DNA from: Chiloscyllium plagiosum
Lineage: Eukaryota
DNA: 64,000 bases
NCBI RefSeq assembly: GCF_004010195.1
Contig: NC_057759.1
Coordinates: 572,264-636,263 of the forward strand
Reading direction: 5' to 3'
Below, piece after piece: positions 12,550 to 25,830 of the stretch (position 1 is its first letter; each line of letters begins with the position of its first letter). Both the position numbers and the translations under genes were made by a program. The notes beneath the pieces are model-generated. The model was not told the origin of the DNA. It searched no databases and saw only the letters and a program-made list of their open reading frames with translations.

Positions 12550-14260
12550 CGGACCCTTTTTTCGAAAAGGTAACCAAAAGATTTGATAAGGCTAGGACAA
12601 TGGATGATCTCAATACAGACATTATTAAGACATTTGACAACGTACCACAAGTAGATTAGTCGGAAAGGTTAGGTTGCATGAGGTCCAGGAAGAGCTAACT
12701 AATTGGATTTAACATTGGGTCGATAGTAGGAGGCAGAGGGTGGTGGGGGAAGGTTGTTTCTCAAACTGCAGGCCTATAACTAGTGCCACAGATCTCGCCG
12801 TTGGGAGTCTTGTTGTTGGCTATTTACATAAATTGAGTGTACAAAGCATGAGAAGTACCATAAGACTATAAGACAGTAGGAGCAGAAATTACGCCATTCA
12901 GACCTTTGACTCTGCTCCATGATTCGATCATGGCTGATAGATTTCTTCACCCCATTCTCTCGGCTTTCTCCCTTTAACCCTCAATTCCTTGATACTCAAA
13001 AACCTGTCCGTCTCAGTTTTACACATACTCAAGTTACTGGCCAGCACAGCCTCCAGTGCAATGAATTCCAGAGATTAACCACTCACTAGCTGGAGAAGTT
13101 TCTCCTTATCTCCCTTCTAAAAGGTATTTCCTTACTCTAAGGCTGTGCCTTCGTGTTCTACTCTCTCCTGCCAATGGAAACACCTTCCTAACATCCATTC
13201 TGTCCAGGCCATTCAGTATTCTGCAAGTTTCAATTAGATTCACCCTCCCCACCCATCCTTACAAACTCAATTGAGTCTCGTCCCAGAGTCCGCAAATATT
13301 CCTCATCTGTTAAGAGTTTCATCCTGGGATCGTTCCCGTGAACCTATTCTGCATAATTTCCAAGGCCCAGACATCGTTTATGAGATTATGGGTCTCAAAA
13401 CTGCGCAAAATGCTCCAAATACTCCAAAACAGGTTATTACGTTTACAGATGATACAAAACTGGCGGGGGGGGGGGGGGAGGGGGGGGTATAATTGATAGC
13501 AAAGAAGGCTTACAGAAATTACAGAGCGATTTTGAACTGAGGATTGGCAAATGCAATTCAATACAGATAAGTGTGAGGTTTTACACTTTGAAAGTTAAAC
13601 CAATGTAGGGCTTATCCAGTAAATTGTAATATCCTGAGATGTGTTATAGAACAGAGTGACCTAAGAATACAAGTACATAGTTAATTGAAAGCGGTGTCAC
13701 ATGTCAACAGAGTGGTGAACAAGACATTTAACATGATGTCCTTCATCGGTCGAGGCATTGAGTATAGGTTTTGGGACGCGATGTTACAATTGCATTAATC
13801 GCTGGTGTGGATGCACTTGGAAAATTGTGTACAGCCTTGACCAACCCGTTAAAGGAAAGATATAGTTAAACTGGAAAGAAGATTTAGGAGGGTATTGCAG
13901 GGACTAGTAGACCTGAGTTATAGGGAGAGGTTGGTGAAGATACGACTTTATTTCTTGGAACATAGAAGAATGAAGGGTGACATTATTGTGATGTATAAAA
14001 ACATGAGAGACAAAGATAGGATGGATATCTATAGTTTTTTTCCCCAGCGATGTGAGATTGAAAACTAGAGGGCACAGGTTTACGGGGAGATGAGGCAGAC
14101 ACATCAGCAATATTTATCAAATATTTGGATAGGTACATGGATGGGTTTCGAGGGACATGGACAAAATGCGGGTAATTTGAACTAACTGTTCACACCGTGG
14201 TCAGGATGACCGTTTGTGCCATAGGGCACGGTTCCATGCTGAATCACTCTATGATTGTCC
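12550..14260 (+). mobile_element. CR1 RT plus 3' end, interrupted by an antisense CR1 3' end at ~12860-13430
   Basis: FTDDTKL motif at ~13442 and degenerate KAFDKVPH region near 12630; the insert starts with the reversed tail cataagactataaga. Confidence 0.8.
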
Positions 14261-14643
14261 ATTTAAGTTGTTTGCTGTTGTTTTATACTTCTGTCACAGT
14301 ACAAAAATCCCACTACCTACATTATATACTGGGTCTGATGCAAGTTTGCACTGTAACGTCACCTGTCTGTATCCTTTTGCAGACTTTCTACCTCCACTTG
14401 GCATGTTATTGAATGACTGTCATGGCGGATGAGTTCACTGAGCCCCAATCTAGTGAATCCCTTCATTCAAAAACATTGATATTGATTGTAATTAGTTGAT
14501 GATGTTACATTGTTCCCTGAGGCTCTTCACTAAGTTACAGATTTCCAAACTGAAAATCAACAGTTTTCCTCTGCTGTGTGTTTCCTGATAGTTAACCAGG
14601 GTTTCCCTGTTGCTGTGTAGTAGCTTAGAAAGTTTGCATTGCC

Positions 14644-14781
14644 TCATCCTGTGCTGTGTAATGTCCTCAAGTGACTGAATAACGTCATCCTTTTTCTATG
14701 TGGCTCTTGTGAAGGGCAGAAATAACCTTCTCCTGTCTCATTGTAACGACCTGACTGGCAAAATGACATCTTCCTCTCCTT
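14644..14781 (-). pseudogene. Receptor copy 1: second cytoplasmic exon remnant
   Basis: Acceptor gctgttacag; ungapped similarity to 46002-46097 (cagg..gttacaatga.acagga); phase-0 reading KERKMSFCQSGRYNETGEGYFC; frame and donor uncertain. Confidence 0.45.
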
Positions 14782-15319
14782 CTGTAACAGCGCTGAGTGA
14801 AAGAACAACACGAGTTAGAAGCAGTTGTGTGTCATTCCATCCTTTGAGCCTGTTGTATAAATCGAAATGCTCATTGTTGATGTGAATGTGGCTGAACACC
14901 GCTTTCCTGTCTGTTTTATTTGTTCATCAACGCTCTCTGGAACCCAACCTTGAATGTTGTTACAACCCAGTCCTCATTGCATCTACAGATTGAGAACACC
15001 ACAAATTGCACGGTGCTAAAGATAAAGGGTAATCTTTCCTCAGTCTGAAATTGGTATGACTTATTCTCAAAATGTTTCCCCTCACCACGCTTTTAATACA
15101 AGGACACAATTACGAAGACATAGAGGCAATTCAGTTCCTCAAATGCGTACACATTTCCGTTAACTCTCTTCAAATTCAAATACTTACCAAATTTGCCCTG
15201 CACTGAACGGGCAGAAAGACATTTCCAGACACCACAGGATTGTAAGAGCATAAGAAATTCGATCCGAATTTGGCCATTTGGACATCACGTCTGCTGTGCT
15301 GTTTAATCAGAGTTTAAAA

Positions 15320-16020
15320 AAAAACTCACACAACACCAAGTCATAGCTCAACAGCCTAAGTGGAAGCACTAGCTTTCGGAGCGCTGCTCCTTAATCAGGT
15401 AGTTGTGGATTATAAGAATTAAGACAGAATTTATCGCAAACGTTTCCAATGTGATGCAACTGAAAAAATATATTGAAAAAGACCCGGATTGTTTGTTCAC
15501 TCTCTCATCTGTTAGAATGACATGCTGGTTTCAATTCTTTCAAATGTAAATCGCAAAACCTTTTTAGAAATTAAATTGTCAAGTGAAATTTAACAATTGA
15601 TGTCATGTTGGCCCAGCTAATGTATTGAAAGCGTGAGCTACCCGGTGTGAGACTGTCTGTGCCGCAATGGTCAGACTGATTCTAATCTAAAAAAGCGGAT
15701 TTACATAACCTTGCATGGATTCATGCAGTTTTGAGCAAACTGAAATGTACAGATTCACCCCACTTAAATGCATATGTGTGCATACGGGTATGTGTGTGTG
15801 GGGGGTTGGGTAGAAGGGTTGTTAGGGGGGTCTGTGAGAGTATGTGCGTGTGAGTATAAAGGAGAATAGGTGTGTGACAGTGTGCGTATGTGACTGTGCT
15901 AATGTGTCTGTGAGCGTATGAAAGAGGGTCTGCGTGAATGTGTTTGTAGGAGTGTGTGTATAAGTGTGTGTGTGTGTATATGTAGAAGTTAGTGTGTGTG
16001 TGTGTAGGATTGTCTACGTG
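15320..16020 (-). mobile_element. Penelope-like terminal fragment (third family) with TG-rich tract
   Basis: Homologous to 56466-57468; carries hammerhead-like core ctgattaaggagcagcgctccgaaagcta. Confidence 0.65.
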
Positions 16021-16904
16021 TTTAACCATGATTGAAATAATTCTCAAAACCATTTTCCAGCCTTCTCCAAATGACTATTGATCCCCTTATGAATTAAAAA
16101 TGTATCGATCTCTGTCATAAAGATTTGCTGTGTCTGTCTGTGTATGGATGTGCTATGTGTTTCTGTTTGCGTGCTTTTCTTTTATATTTGATTATTTATT
16201 ATCACGTGTATTTAATATAAAATACAATGAAAAGTACATACGGTTGCCATGCACAGGCACCATTCACATTTACTTAGAATGCAAAAATAAACGTAAAAAC
16301 GGTCCAACATTTCCTTCTCTGCTCTACATTCTCATTAGAGGCTACACCAGCCACGCCATGTCATCACCACAGTGCCACTCTGGGCTACGCTCACCCATGC
16401 CATGCCATCGCCAGGGACTCTCTCCAGGCTATGCCAACGCATTCCATGTCACTGTCAGAGGCCTAGTTCAGGTTACGCCAACCCACACGATACTGCAGCC
16501 AGTGGCCCATCCCGTGCTACACCACCCCGCGCCAAGCTGAAGCCATGGGTCCATTCCAGCCTTCACAAGCCTCCCTACTCTGTAGCCACACTGCCTCTGA
16601 AGACACAGCCGCTGCTCAAAACCCCATTGAAGCTGCTTCCTACAACGACCTCTCTTTATTAGGGAATTTTGAGGAAGAAGGGAAAGACAGAAAAAAGAAA
16701 AACACAGAAAATCAGACACATTAGACATGCCTGTGTGCGTGTCCAGACCTGTATGCGTTTGTTTATGGATGTATTGTGTCTATTGATGTACTTATCTGCG
16801 TGTGTGGGTATCTCTGCCTGCAACTTTTTGAAACTTTTGGAGGAAGTCCATTGCATTTGGGACCAAAGGCTACCCCTGCCTGACGCCCCTGTCTCTCCCT
16901 GTTA

Positions 16905-17050
16905 ATTCTGGATTAGTGGTGCTGGAAGAGCACAGCAGTTCAGGCAGCATCCGAGGAGCAGTAAAATCGACGTTTCGGGCAAAAGCCTTTCATCAGGAAT
17001 ACAGGCAGATAGTCTGAAGTTTGGAGAGATAAGTGAGAGGAGGGTGGGGG
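16905..17050 (-). mobile_element. Short Penelope-derived (pLTR) repeat with hammerhead core
   Basis: Same sequence family as the termini of 10275-11458; minus strand cctgatgaaaggcttttgcccgaaacgtc. Confidence 0.75.
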
Positions 17051-17519
17051 GTTTCCTCCTCTCCCTGTTGATGTTGAGTCATACAATATCTCCCTCTGCT
17101 CGCTTGCACGCAGCACTGCACAAGTTTTCATTTTTGAAAATACATCAAAGAATGCTTTTGAATGCACAGAACGTTTTCACCCAACACCTCGCGATATTGT
17201 TCCTGAGATATTACCAATGTCGTGTCTGTTTCAGGACTTTTCAATCCTTTCTCAGTTTGATGTTTAAGCTCGAATTGAAAAACAGTGCAAGTGAAAGAAC
17301 GTGCGATACAACTCATTTTATCTCCTTACAAAATCGTTCATTTAGCGCTGCTTGAATGAAGTTGCAGTGAATATACACTTTGTACATTCCGTGTCACGAA
17401 CAATGTTCAAAGCTAAATCATTTCCACATTGCAAAGGCTGCCATAAATTTTCCACATGAACATTTTCCGTGCTGAGGGCGCCTTTGTGCAATTGCAGTCC
17501 TCCATTTATCGGCCTTCTG

Positions 17520-17705
17520 TGTGTGCGTGTGTGTCTTTGTCTGCATGTGTGCGTGTGTCTGTGATTCTGTGTGTCTCCGTCTGTGTCTGTGTGTAGGTTT
17601 GTAAATGTAAGTGTGTCTGTGTGTGTATGTTTGTGAGTGTGAGTGTGTCTGTGTGTATATGAGTGTGAGTGTGTCTGCGGGTGTGTGTTTGTGTGTGTGT
17701 GTGAT
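17520..17705. repeat. Degenerate (TG)n microsatellite
   Basis: Seen directly. Confidence 0.9.
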
Positions 17706-17939
17706 GGTGCTGTCAGTTTGGATGCTGCTGTGAGCTGCCTCCCTCCCTCTCTCCCTCCTAGACTGAATGCTTGACGGTTTACACTCTCCACCACGGTCGA
17801 TGTGGTAGGATGTGAAGGGCAGTCGTTAGGTGGGAGATTGCCTCACTTTAAAAACCACAGAGTCTGTCAGACACATCACACACACACAGATAGAGGCTAA
17901 CACAAGCACTAAAGTATGAACAGTAATTCTTTGTTGGTT

Positions 17940-20295
17940 ACGTTAAGCACCTGGATTTGAGATATGCTGAAGAAAGGAAGAAAATGGGGAACCTATGATA
18001 ACCACCTTAGCATGAATTACAAACATTTCCACTTTCTTCGCAGTTGTTTATCAAAAAAGGTATTACCTCTCAGTGTCAATTATAAACCATCAATCAACAA
18101 CCTATATGCTCAAGAGACAGCCAAACAGAATGGCCACAAGATGATACAAGTTCCATAACAATTGCACATAACATACTTCACAGATGCAGAGGAAACTACG
18201 TACCATAAGTCGTTAAATTTAAATTTAACCAATCTGCAGTGGACTGCGACATGCCATCGGAAATAGCCATCGGACCGAACAGAATCACATATAAGAAAAG
18301 AACCGCGCTACAAGAAAAAAATCTAGCCACACAAACCCACGGTAAGTAAGACAAACTAATAGACAACTTGGTGAGAAACATATCAAAGAGACAACTATCA
18401 GACACGTAGAAAGCAGCACTAGTGACTCAATTGAAACTGCAAGGACGCAAGAAAGACCGACTTCCAAGGAGCGTGGGAATGTACTCTGAAAGCAAACAAA
18501 GTAAATGATGAAACAGAAGCAGACCATCAAGCAAACCATGGTAGCCACACTGTCAACAAGAAGATCAACGAACACATTGAATATAAACAACAGTAAAGCC
18601 CTCCAAGAGCTAAGAAAGTACACGAACATAGTAATAATGCCAGCCGACAGAGGCCGAATGACAGTGGTAATCGACAGAAGAGACGACATGCAAAAGCTGA
18701 GAAACTGCACAAAGACACCGACACGTACCAACAGAGGGAGTCCGAACCGAAACCAATCATAGCTATCAGATTTAACACAGGACCTAACCAAGAACCCCCA
18801 CAGACAAGCCAAGCAACTTCTGAATTGGTTTCAACACCTCATTGGCGGAGATCACGTTCCATAGACTCATCACTGGAATTTCTGGACAACATCAGGAACA
18901 CGAATATCGACAAAGGTGAGGTGATGGTCTCACTTGACATTGCAGCACTTTTTAATTCAATTGAGATAACTTTAGCTAAAGAAACTATAGCAAGGCTCTT
19001 GGATAATCAGAACAGCAAACCGAACATGAACCCATAAAAAAATAGCATTGTAAAACTACTTAACCCATGTCATGACACACTCTATATTCAATGACCAGGT
19101 ATATGAGCAAATCAATGTGACGTCTATGGTTTCACTCATCTTGGGTTAATAGCTGAAGCAGTAATGCAAACACTCGAACAGATAACCCTCCCGCAGATGA
19201 AACGCAAGCCATTGGTCAGGAACCTGGATGTTGTGATAAGCAAAAGCGCTGATATTGAGAATACACCACAGAATATCAACAGCATTTTCACTGGAATCAG
19301 ATTTACCAGACAGGAGGAGAGCAACCAATTCCTATACCTAGATGAAATGGCTACAAGGAATGATAAATGTGCAACAAAAGTGCACGGAAAGTCCACAGAT
19401 ATTGATCAGACCCGAAATCACAACAGAACCAGCCAAACACCCACAAGAGGAGCTGCATTAAGACAATGTTCAAGAGAGAAACAAAACACTGCAACATCCC
19501 TGAGTTGTGAAGAGAGGAAGAATAACAAAGATATAAACTCTTTGCTAAAACTACATAATATCCACAGCTTCGTCAGTCGATGCCTAACGGACAAGGAACA
19601 TCAAGAAAACAAGACAACACCCAACACACGGGCTGCTTTTCCATTTACTAAAATCATTTCTGAACTGACGAGACTGCTCTGAACACTAGGGATCTTCACA
19701 GCATACAACCCGATAGTCATACTCAGACAGTGGCTCACCAGGTTAAAGCATCCGATACCCAACATGTTACAAAATTCCATGCAGCGAGTGCACTAAGCAC
19801 TGTATAGGACTAAAGGCCGATAGCTAGCGATCCGTATCTATGAGTACCAACGAGCAAACAATCAGCACGACCAACTCTCCCTGATATCCACATATACATA
19901 TACAGTAAGAACCACGATGAAGGGTTCCTTCCCGAAAGGTCGATCTTCCTGTTCCTCTGATGGTCCCTGAACTGTTGTGCTTTTCCAGCACCAGTCAAAT
20001 GTTGACTTTAATCTCCAGTGTCTGCAGTCCCCAATTTCGCCTAGTAAGAACTGTGAGTTTACCTAAGACAACACGACGATACTAGGACAGGCCGAACAAA
20101 GAAGAGCAAGGCAATTCCTGGAAGCATGGTACTCATCCTTGACTCCATCAACAATCACATTAACCTAGATCCTAGAAACAAACCGCTGCAATGGAAAACC
20201 AGAGCAGGCACCAACCGGAACCAGTACCAAATCAATTCAAAGTGGAACAGTACAGCAGTGCTTCACAGGAGGTAACACAGCATTATTGAAGATGT
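17940..20295 (+). mobile_element. Penelope-like (Poseidon-like) element, decayed RT plus GIY-YIG; short pLTR repeat inserted at 19913-20042
   Basis: IVIMPADRGRMTVVI, EVMVSLDIAALF, INSIFTGIRFTRQEE; insert flanked by TSD agtaagaac (19904-19912, 20043-20051). Confidence 0.9.
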
Positions 20296-21313
20296 TCATA
20301 GTGCTGATATAGGTTAGGGAGGGAGCGAATGGCGAGGTGTCTGGAGTGAGTCAGTGTTTAATCCAGTCGGTGCTATTAGTGTGGGTACAAAGGAGGTGTA
20401 GAGAGAGAGAGAGAGAGAGAAAGAGGGTAAGCGAGAGAGAGAGAGAAATGTCTGCATGCAGTAGTGAGAATGGTAGACTATGAGCCGTGTTCGGGGATAG
20501 GTGCTGTAACAGACATACAGTGAGTGTGAGGGAGAAAGTGAATACAGTGAGACTTATTGTGACAGAGTTGGGAGGTTATCAGTGCTTTTCTTGAATTTCT
20601 GGACACGTCTTCAGACTGCAGACACTCGACTGAACTCGGTGGTGAGCTCAAACCATGATCATGCTTAGGAAAAAGAATTACAGGGCAGCTGCAAACTAAG
20701 AAAGATAATTCATGTGCCCATTTGTCTTTTAAAGATGGCACCAATGCCAGCGATCACGGAATATTGAGAGATATCCGGGCGATGGTGAGTACGTCTAGCC
20801 ATGATATCGGGGAGAATCTGGCTGACATTGAATGAGAGGGACACCTTGGGGTGGGGTAGGTTATTTATGCATTGAGATAGAAACTATGGTACCAAGAAAC
20901 TAGCTCAGCTGCGTGCAGACGATCCCTCTGTCACATTCAATGAAAACGACACTGACACAAATTATTGTTAACTTCAGCCCAATGAGTCAAAGACTCTGCT
21001 GACCCCATTACCAGGTTCAAAGCTGCAGAACAAGTCTTCATCCTCTGAACTCACACCAATATCCCGTTCACCCACAATTCCTGGAAATAATTTCCCTGGT
21101 TTCAAGATGTTGTCCAAATGTCTTCATTTCAGGCTTCAGAAACCTGTGAATACATCCTTCCAAAACACTGTCTCTCAGTCTCCCCTTCTCTATCTGTATG
21201 CCAAGCTCCCTCCCATTTGTTGCAATTTAAACTGATTTCCCCGACATCTCTTTCTTGAAGTGATTTTCACACCAACAGCAACCCTTGTCATCACACAATG
21301 CAGATATGAAGCT

Positions 21314-21563
21314 TTGTGAAGATTTGTAGCTCAGGTTGAGGTTTAGGGTGTAGGTTTGTGGGGTTTCTGGGGTTTGTGGTGATGTCATTTCCTGTTCGTT
21401 TTCTGAGGGGTTGATATCAACCCCATCCAGGACAAATATATAAATGGAAAGCAGGAGACAACAGCTTCGCTTCACTTGGAGGTCACCACTGATGATGTTA
21501 CCTAGTCAGGTAATGAAACGTCTGGATATCAAACCTACAGCTCAGCGAGCAAAGCTACACCAT
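21314..21563 (+). mobile_element. Short Penelope-like element with inverted terminal segment
   Basis: 12-bp TSD agatatgaagct (21302-21313, 21564-21575); same family as 60270-60955. Confidence 0.8.
21486..21525 (+). ncRNA. Minimal type I hammerhead ribozyme motif, intact core
   Basis: CCA-CUGAUGA-U-GUUACC(UAGUCA)GGUAAU-GAAA-CGUC-UGG: stem I CCA/UGG, 6-bp stem II, GUC cleavage triplet. Confidence 0.75.
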
Positions 21564-22789
21564 AGATATGAAGCTGCAAATGGATGGGAGCTGCACAGCA
21601 CATCCTGTTCACTGGTGTGTTCTACATAAGTCTACATGCTGGAAACAGAATTACTCCAAGTAGACATATCAATTCACTGGTGGGGTCAACGCAGCTCCCC
21701 TTGCTGACAGACATCTCATCCATGTTTATATCCTGCTGTACCCTGCAAATTATTCCACTCTGGACAGATTGCCCATCTATATTGAGCAATATTGAGCATA
21801 GTGCTCTATGCTGAACAGGCATCTTATTCCGGTTTACAGTTTCTGGGCTTTTCTGTGAAGTGGATTGAATTTGAACTATAATTAACCATTTCAGCTGATC
21901 ATGCAGCACACTTAATTTATGTTGTCATTCTTGTGATTACATCCTCGAAACTCTCCCTCCAGCTATTCTGCTGTCTCTGTCAAGCCCTACGATTCTGCAG
22001 CTTGTCGATTAAGTCATCATCCAATTCTAATACAAATATCACTCTGTACCTTACCTCGCCCTTTGGTGTTGATTTCTCTGGATAATTAAGTTCCATCGTT
22101 ATGAAGCTCAGGAGCAAAGGACAAAATGTGTACTTCGCGCTCTCCTTCACATCGTGGTGTGTTGCAAGTTGGACAGGGGAGTTCCAGAAACTTCGTGACA
22201 TATCTTTTGAACTTGGTCTCTACCTGTTCATTGAAAGCCTGCGTTTGCCCCTCTCAGCTGATCGAGTAGCCAGTAACATGAAAACTACTTTGAGAATTAT
22301 TTTAAAAGACTACTCGTAGGGCTTCGAATAGGGGCTTTTGACTGACGAACTGTTATCCATTGATTTCAGCTGTCCTTTTGCAGACTCTTCATCTTCTCGT
22401 GATGATTTAGTTTTCTTCTCGGGTCTGCATATAATCGACAAACTTAGTTCCAATAAATCTGTTCCACTTATACAAATCTTTTACGGGGCAGGAAATAGTT
22501 TAGGACCAGCACTGGTCACTGTGTGAGTCCACCTGGTTACGGTCTGTCAAACTGTTTAGGACTGATGTATCCCGAGTGCCTACGACCTGTTTGATAACCA
22601 GTCACCCCCCATTCCTGTGTAGCATATTAGAAAGGCAAATCAAGAACGAAGAACATCAGCCAGGAATTCAATCCCTCGTACCTTCTCCACTACTGAATAC
22701 AATCATGGCTGATGTCATCTCAGCCTCAGTTCCACCTTCCTGACCACGCTCCATAATGCTTAATTTACTCAATGTAGCAGTAGCCAGTG

Positions 22790-23450
22790 CAATCTGGGAT
22801 AGTTGCCACCTACGTGGATAGGATTGTTAACAAAGCATTTGGTGTTTTGACTTTCTTTAACAGGAGGATCGAGTTTAAGAGACGCGAGGTTTTGCTACAG
22901 GTCTACAAGTCCCTAATGAGACCACACTTGGAATATTGTGTCCAGTTCTGGTCGTCCTACTATAGGTAAGATACAGAGGCTTTGGAGAGAGTGTACAGAA
23001 AGTTTACCAGGATGCTGCCTGGACTGGGGGTTGGGGGTGTTGCCTTATGAAGAAAGGTTGAATAAGCTCGGACTTCTCTCACTGGACAGAAGAAGGAATA
23101 GAGGAGACCTGATAGAGGCATACAAGATAATAAGAGGAATAGATAGAGTCAATATCCGGGACGATTGACTGGTACAAGGTGTCATAGTTTTACGATATTA
23201 GGAGAAATGTATACTGGAGACATCAGAGGTAGCTTCTTTACGCAGAGAGTTGCGAATGCATGGAATGCGTTGCCAGCTGAGGGTGTTGGAAGCAGGGTCA
23301 TTAGGGACACTTAAGCGACTGCTGGACATGCACATGGATAGCAGTGAGTTGAGGGGTGCCGAGGTTGTTATTTTATTTTAAGTTTGGATTAAACCTCGGC
23401 ACATCATGGACCAAAGGGCCTGTTCTGTGCTGTACTTTTCTATGTTCTGT
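22790..23450 (+). mobile_element. CR1 3' end
   Basis: YKSLMRPHLEYCVQFWS, RGDLIEAYKIIRG; tail ttctatgttct. Confidence 0.9.
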
Positions 23451-23469
23451 CATGAATTTCATAGATTTA

Positions 23470-25290
23470 CAATCCTTTGGAAGAAGTAAATTCTCCTCAT
23501 TCTGTTTTTAATATTCTCCGCCTTATCCTAAAACTATGATCTCTTGTAGATTGAACTGCATGAGGAAATATCCACTCTACGTCTACATTGCCAATCAGCT
23601 TTAGCATCTTACAGACCTCAAAGAGATCTTCTGTTATTCTTCTAAACTCCAGAGAATATAGGCCTGAACTGCTCAACCTCTTTTCATAAGACCAACTTCT
23701 CATCTCCAGAATCAATTTCCTGAATCACTTCGGTATTGCCTCCAATGCAAGTACATTCCTCCTGCAGTCAGGACAACAAAACTGTTCACAGTACCCCAGT
23801 TGCGATCTCACTAATACCTTGTAGATTTGCAACAACATTTCCCTATTATATATTCTACTCGTTTACTAATAAACGCTGAAATTGAACTTGCCTTTTATAT
23901 TACCTGCTGTATCTGCATGTGTTTTTTTTTCTGATAAGGACGAGGACACCCAAATTCCTCCACACGTGAGAACTCTGATGTATCTCTCCATTTACATAAT
24001 AAATTGCCTTTTGTTAAGACATGGTGGTGAGCCTTTTTGTCAATTAAGCCACATACCCAGAAAAGTTCACCTCGGCTTGTAATGTGGGAAAACATAGTGA
24101 CATAGAACTAATGAAGACTGCCCCTTTTTCTTAACTGCTATTTATCTTCCTCCACCTCGATAACAATATACTCTTCTAATAAAAAAATTAAAATCACATC
24201 AACTTAAATCCAAAAACACACAGGGGCTGTCGTCTCTGGTGTCCATCTTTCGGCTGAACATCGACCTGTCGTATTCTGTCATTTACTGCTAAGACGTTGC
24301 ATATGAAAAAGGCACCTCTGAGAGAGTGTGTTTTGAATGGCAGTACCTCTCAATGGCAGTTACTCTCTGACTGACTTTCAAAATGTCTGGGTCTTTTTTA
24401 CACACCAAACATCGGACTGTCTGATTGCTTCGAGTTTGGCAAAGACAATACATTCAGACTCGATTGACTTTAGTATTCTGGGGCATAATTTGAACTGATT
24501 GGTACGATTCGGATTTTTGTCAAAACAACCCAGGCATCTAGTTCACAGCCAAATATTACATATTTTCGATTTTCCTATACACTCTGAGAATGCGAGCTAG
24601 ATATAAGAAAGCTGTTTGTTAGCTCTCAGTGCAAAGCAACATTCAATCTCTCTTAAGGATACAGTACACACTTTCAATTTTATAACAGGTTCTATTCCTC
24701 TGGTGAAAATCTTTAACCTCATACTTATCCACGTGAAATTTTAACTGCCAAAATGTTGGCCAATTCATCTAATCTGTTCATGTCAATTTTCTTTTTCTTT
24801 AGTTGCATCCTCATTGATTCAACTTGCTTTTCCACCCGTTTTACTTTCATCTGAAAATTTGGCTGAACCTTTTTTACCCCTCATCCAAGTAATGCAATTC
24901 ATGGCAAATAGTCGGCCCTGTTGTCTGAACTCTATGGCATCCACAAAGTTGACAGACATAAAACTACACACCTATTCCATCTCTCTGTATTTTGTTGGTT
25001 CACCACCTCTATCCAAATGAATAAATTCATCCCAAACACATGTGGCCTTACTTTACAGCTTAACCTTCTGTGTGATATTTTATTGAATGCCTTCTAGAGG
25101 TCCACGTGCATTGCATCTCCAATATCCCCATTATGTACTTTGCTTGTCACATCCTTAAAGAACTCGAAAAAATAAATTCTGCATAAAACCACGCTGAATG
25201 TGATTGCTTGTGGATGGATTTTGCAAATCTCACGTTATTAATTCATTGATAATGGATTGTAGCAACTACCCTGAACTCCAAACCGTTTGT
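23470..25290 (-). mobile_element. CR1 RT fragment split by a solo LTR
   Basis: Minus ORF SYEKRLSSSGLYSLEFRRITEDLFEVCK; the element resumes after 24690. Confidence 0.7.
24012..24687 (-). mobile_element. Solo LTR of the same Gypsy family
   Basis: tgttaagacatgg...ttataaca; both ends resemble the reverse complement of 34774-35551 and the 9405-10160 copy. Confidence 0.7.
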
Positions 25291-25791
25291 CCATTACGTT
25301 TCATTTCCTAGTGAAGCTTGTTATTCTAAGTCCTTCCCTTTCTATAACTTCTACGTTCCTGACAATTCTTGTAGAGGAAGTACAAGGCAATAAAAGATCT
25401 ACTCCGATACTGTGTAAGGTGATGAGTGGCTGAAGGATGTCATTCTGTTCCTGGTTTGCAGACTCGATGGGTTGAATGTATGCATGATGTGCCTACATTA
25501 TAATCTCCATGGCCGGTATGTTGAGTAAGAGACTCGAGATCTGCTTATCCTCATCAGGATGATGCATCGGAGGCTTGAGGGTTAATGGAATCTTCCTGTT
25601 GCTGTTAACAGATAGATCGACTAAGGGTTCTTCTCATACACCTCCATAACAGGTTGGAGATACAAACCAGTCTCCTCCTGCATCCTTGAAATGGGATTGA
25701 GGGAGTGATCGGTCTATTCCTGTTCCCATCCAACACACACATGGCTGATTTACCTCTTTCTTGCCCATAAAACATCTCAAATATATTGGTG

Positions 25792-25795
<4 letters not shown>

Positions 25796-25827
<32 letters not shown>
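25796..25827. repeat. (TA)n microsatellite
   Basis: Seen directly. Confidence 0.95.

Positions 25828-25830
<3 letters not shown>

Noticed and set aside
16130..16662. 136-aa and 96-aa Pro/His-rich ORFs
   Set aside because: Built from short degenerate gccatg-type repeats; no domain or splice support
15721..17794. His/Thr-rich ORFs (also 56916-57471)
   Set aside because: Translations of CA/TG microsatellites
20880..21030. Well-conserved block shared with 50700-50845 as a coding exon
   Set aside because: Plus-strand translation ADDPSVT...QP.ESKTLL resembles an ancient LINE RT (YADD...N.SKT) remnant inherited through the duplication; one copy has a stop
21560..22620. Host gene in ORFs 21622-21909 and 21980-22319
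   Set aside because: At least the distal part reads on the minus strand as a very old CR1-like RT (VTxG..SVLGPxLF pattern near 22490-22550); frames do not appear preserved in the duplicate copy
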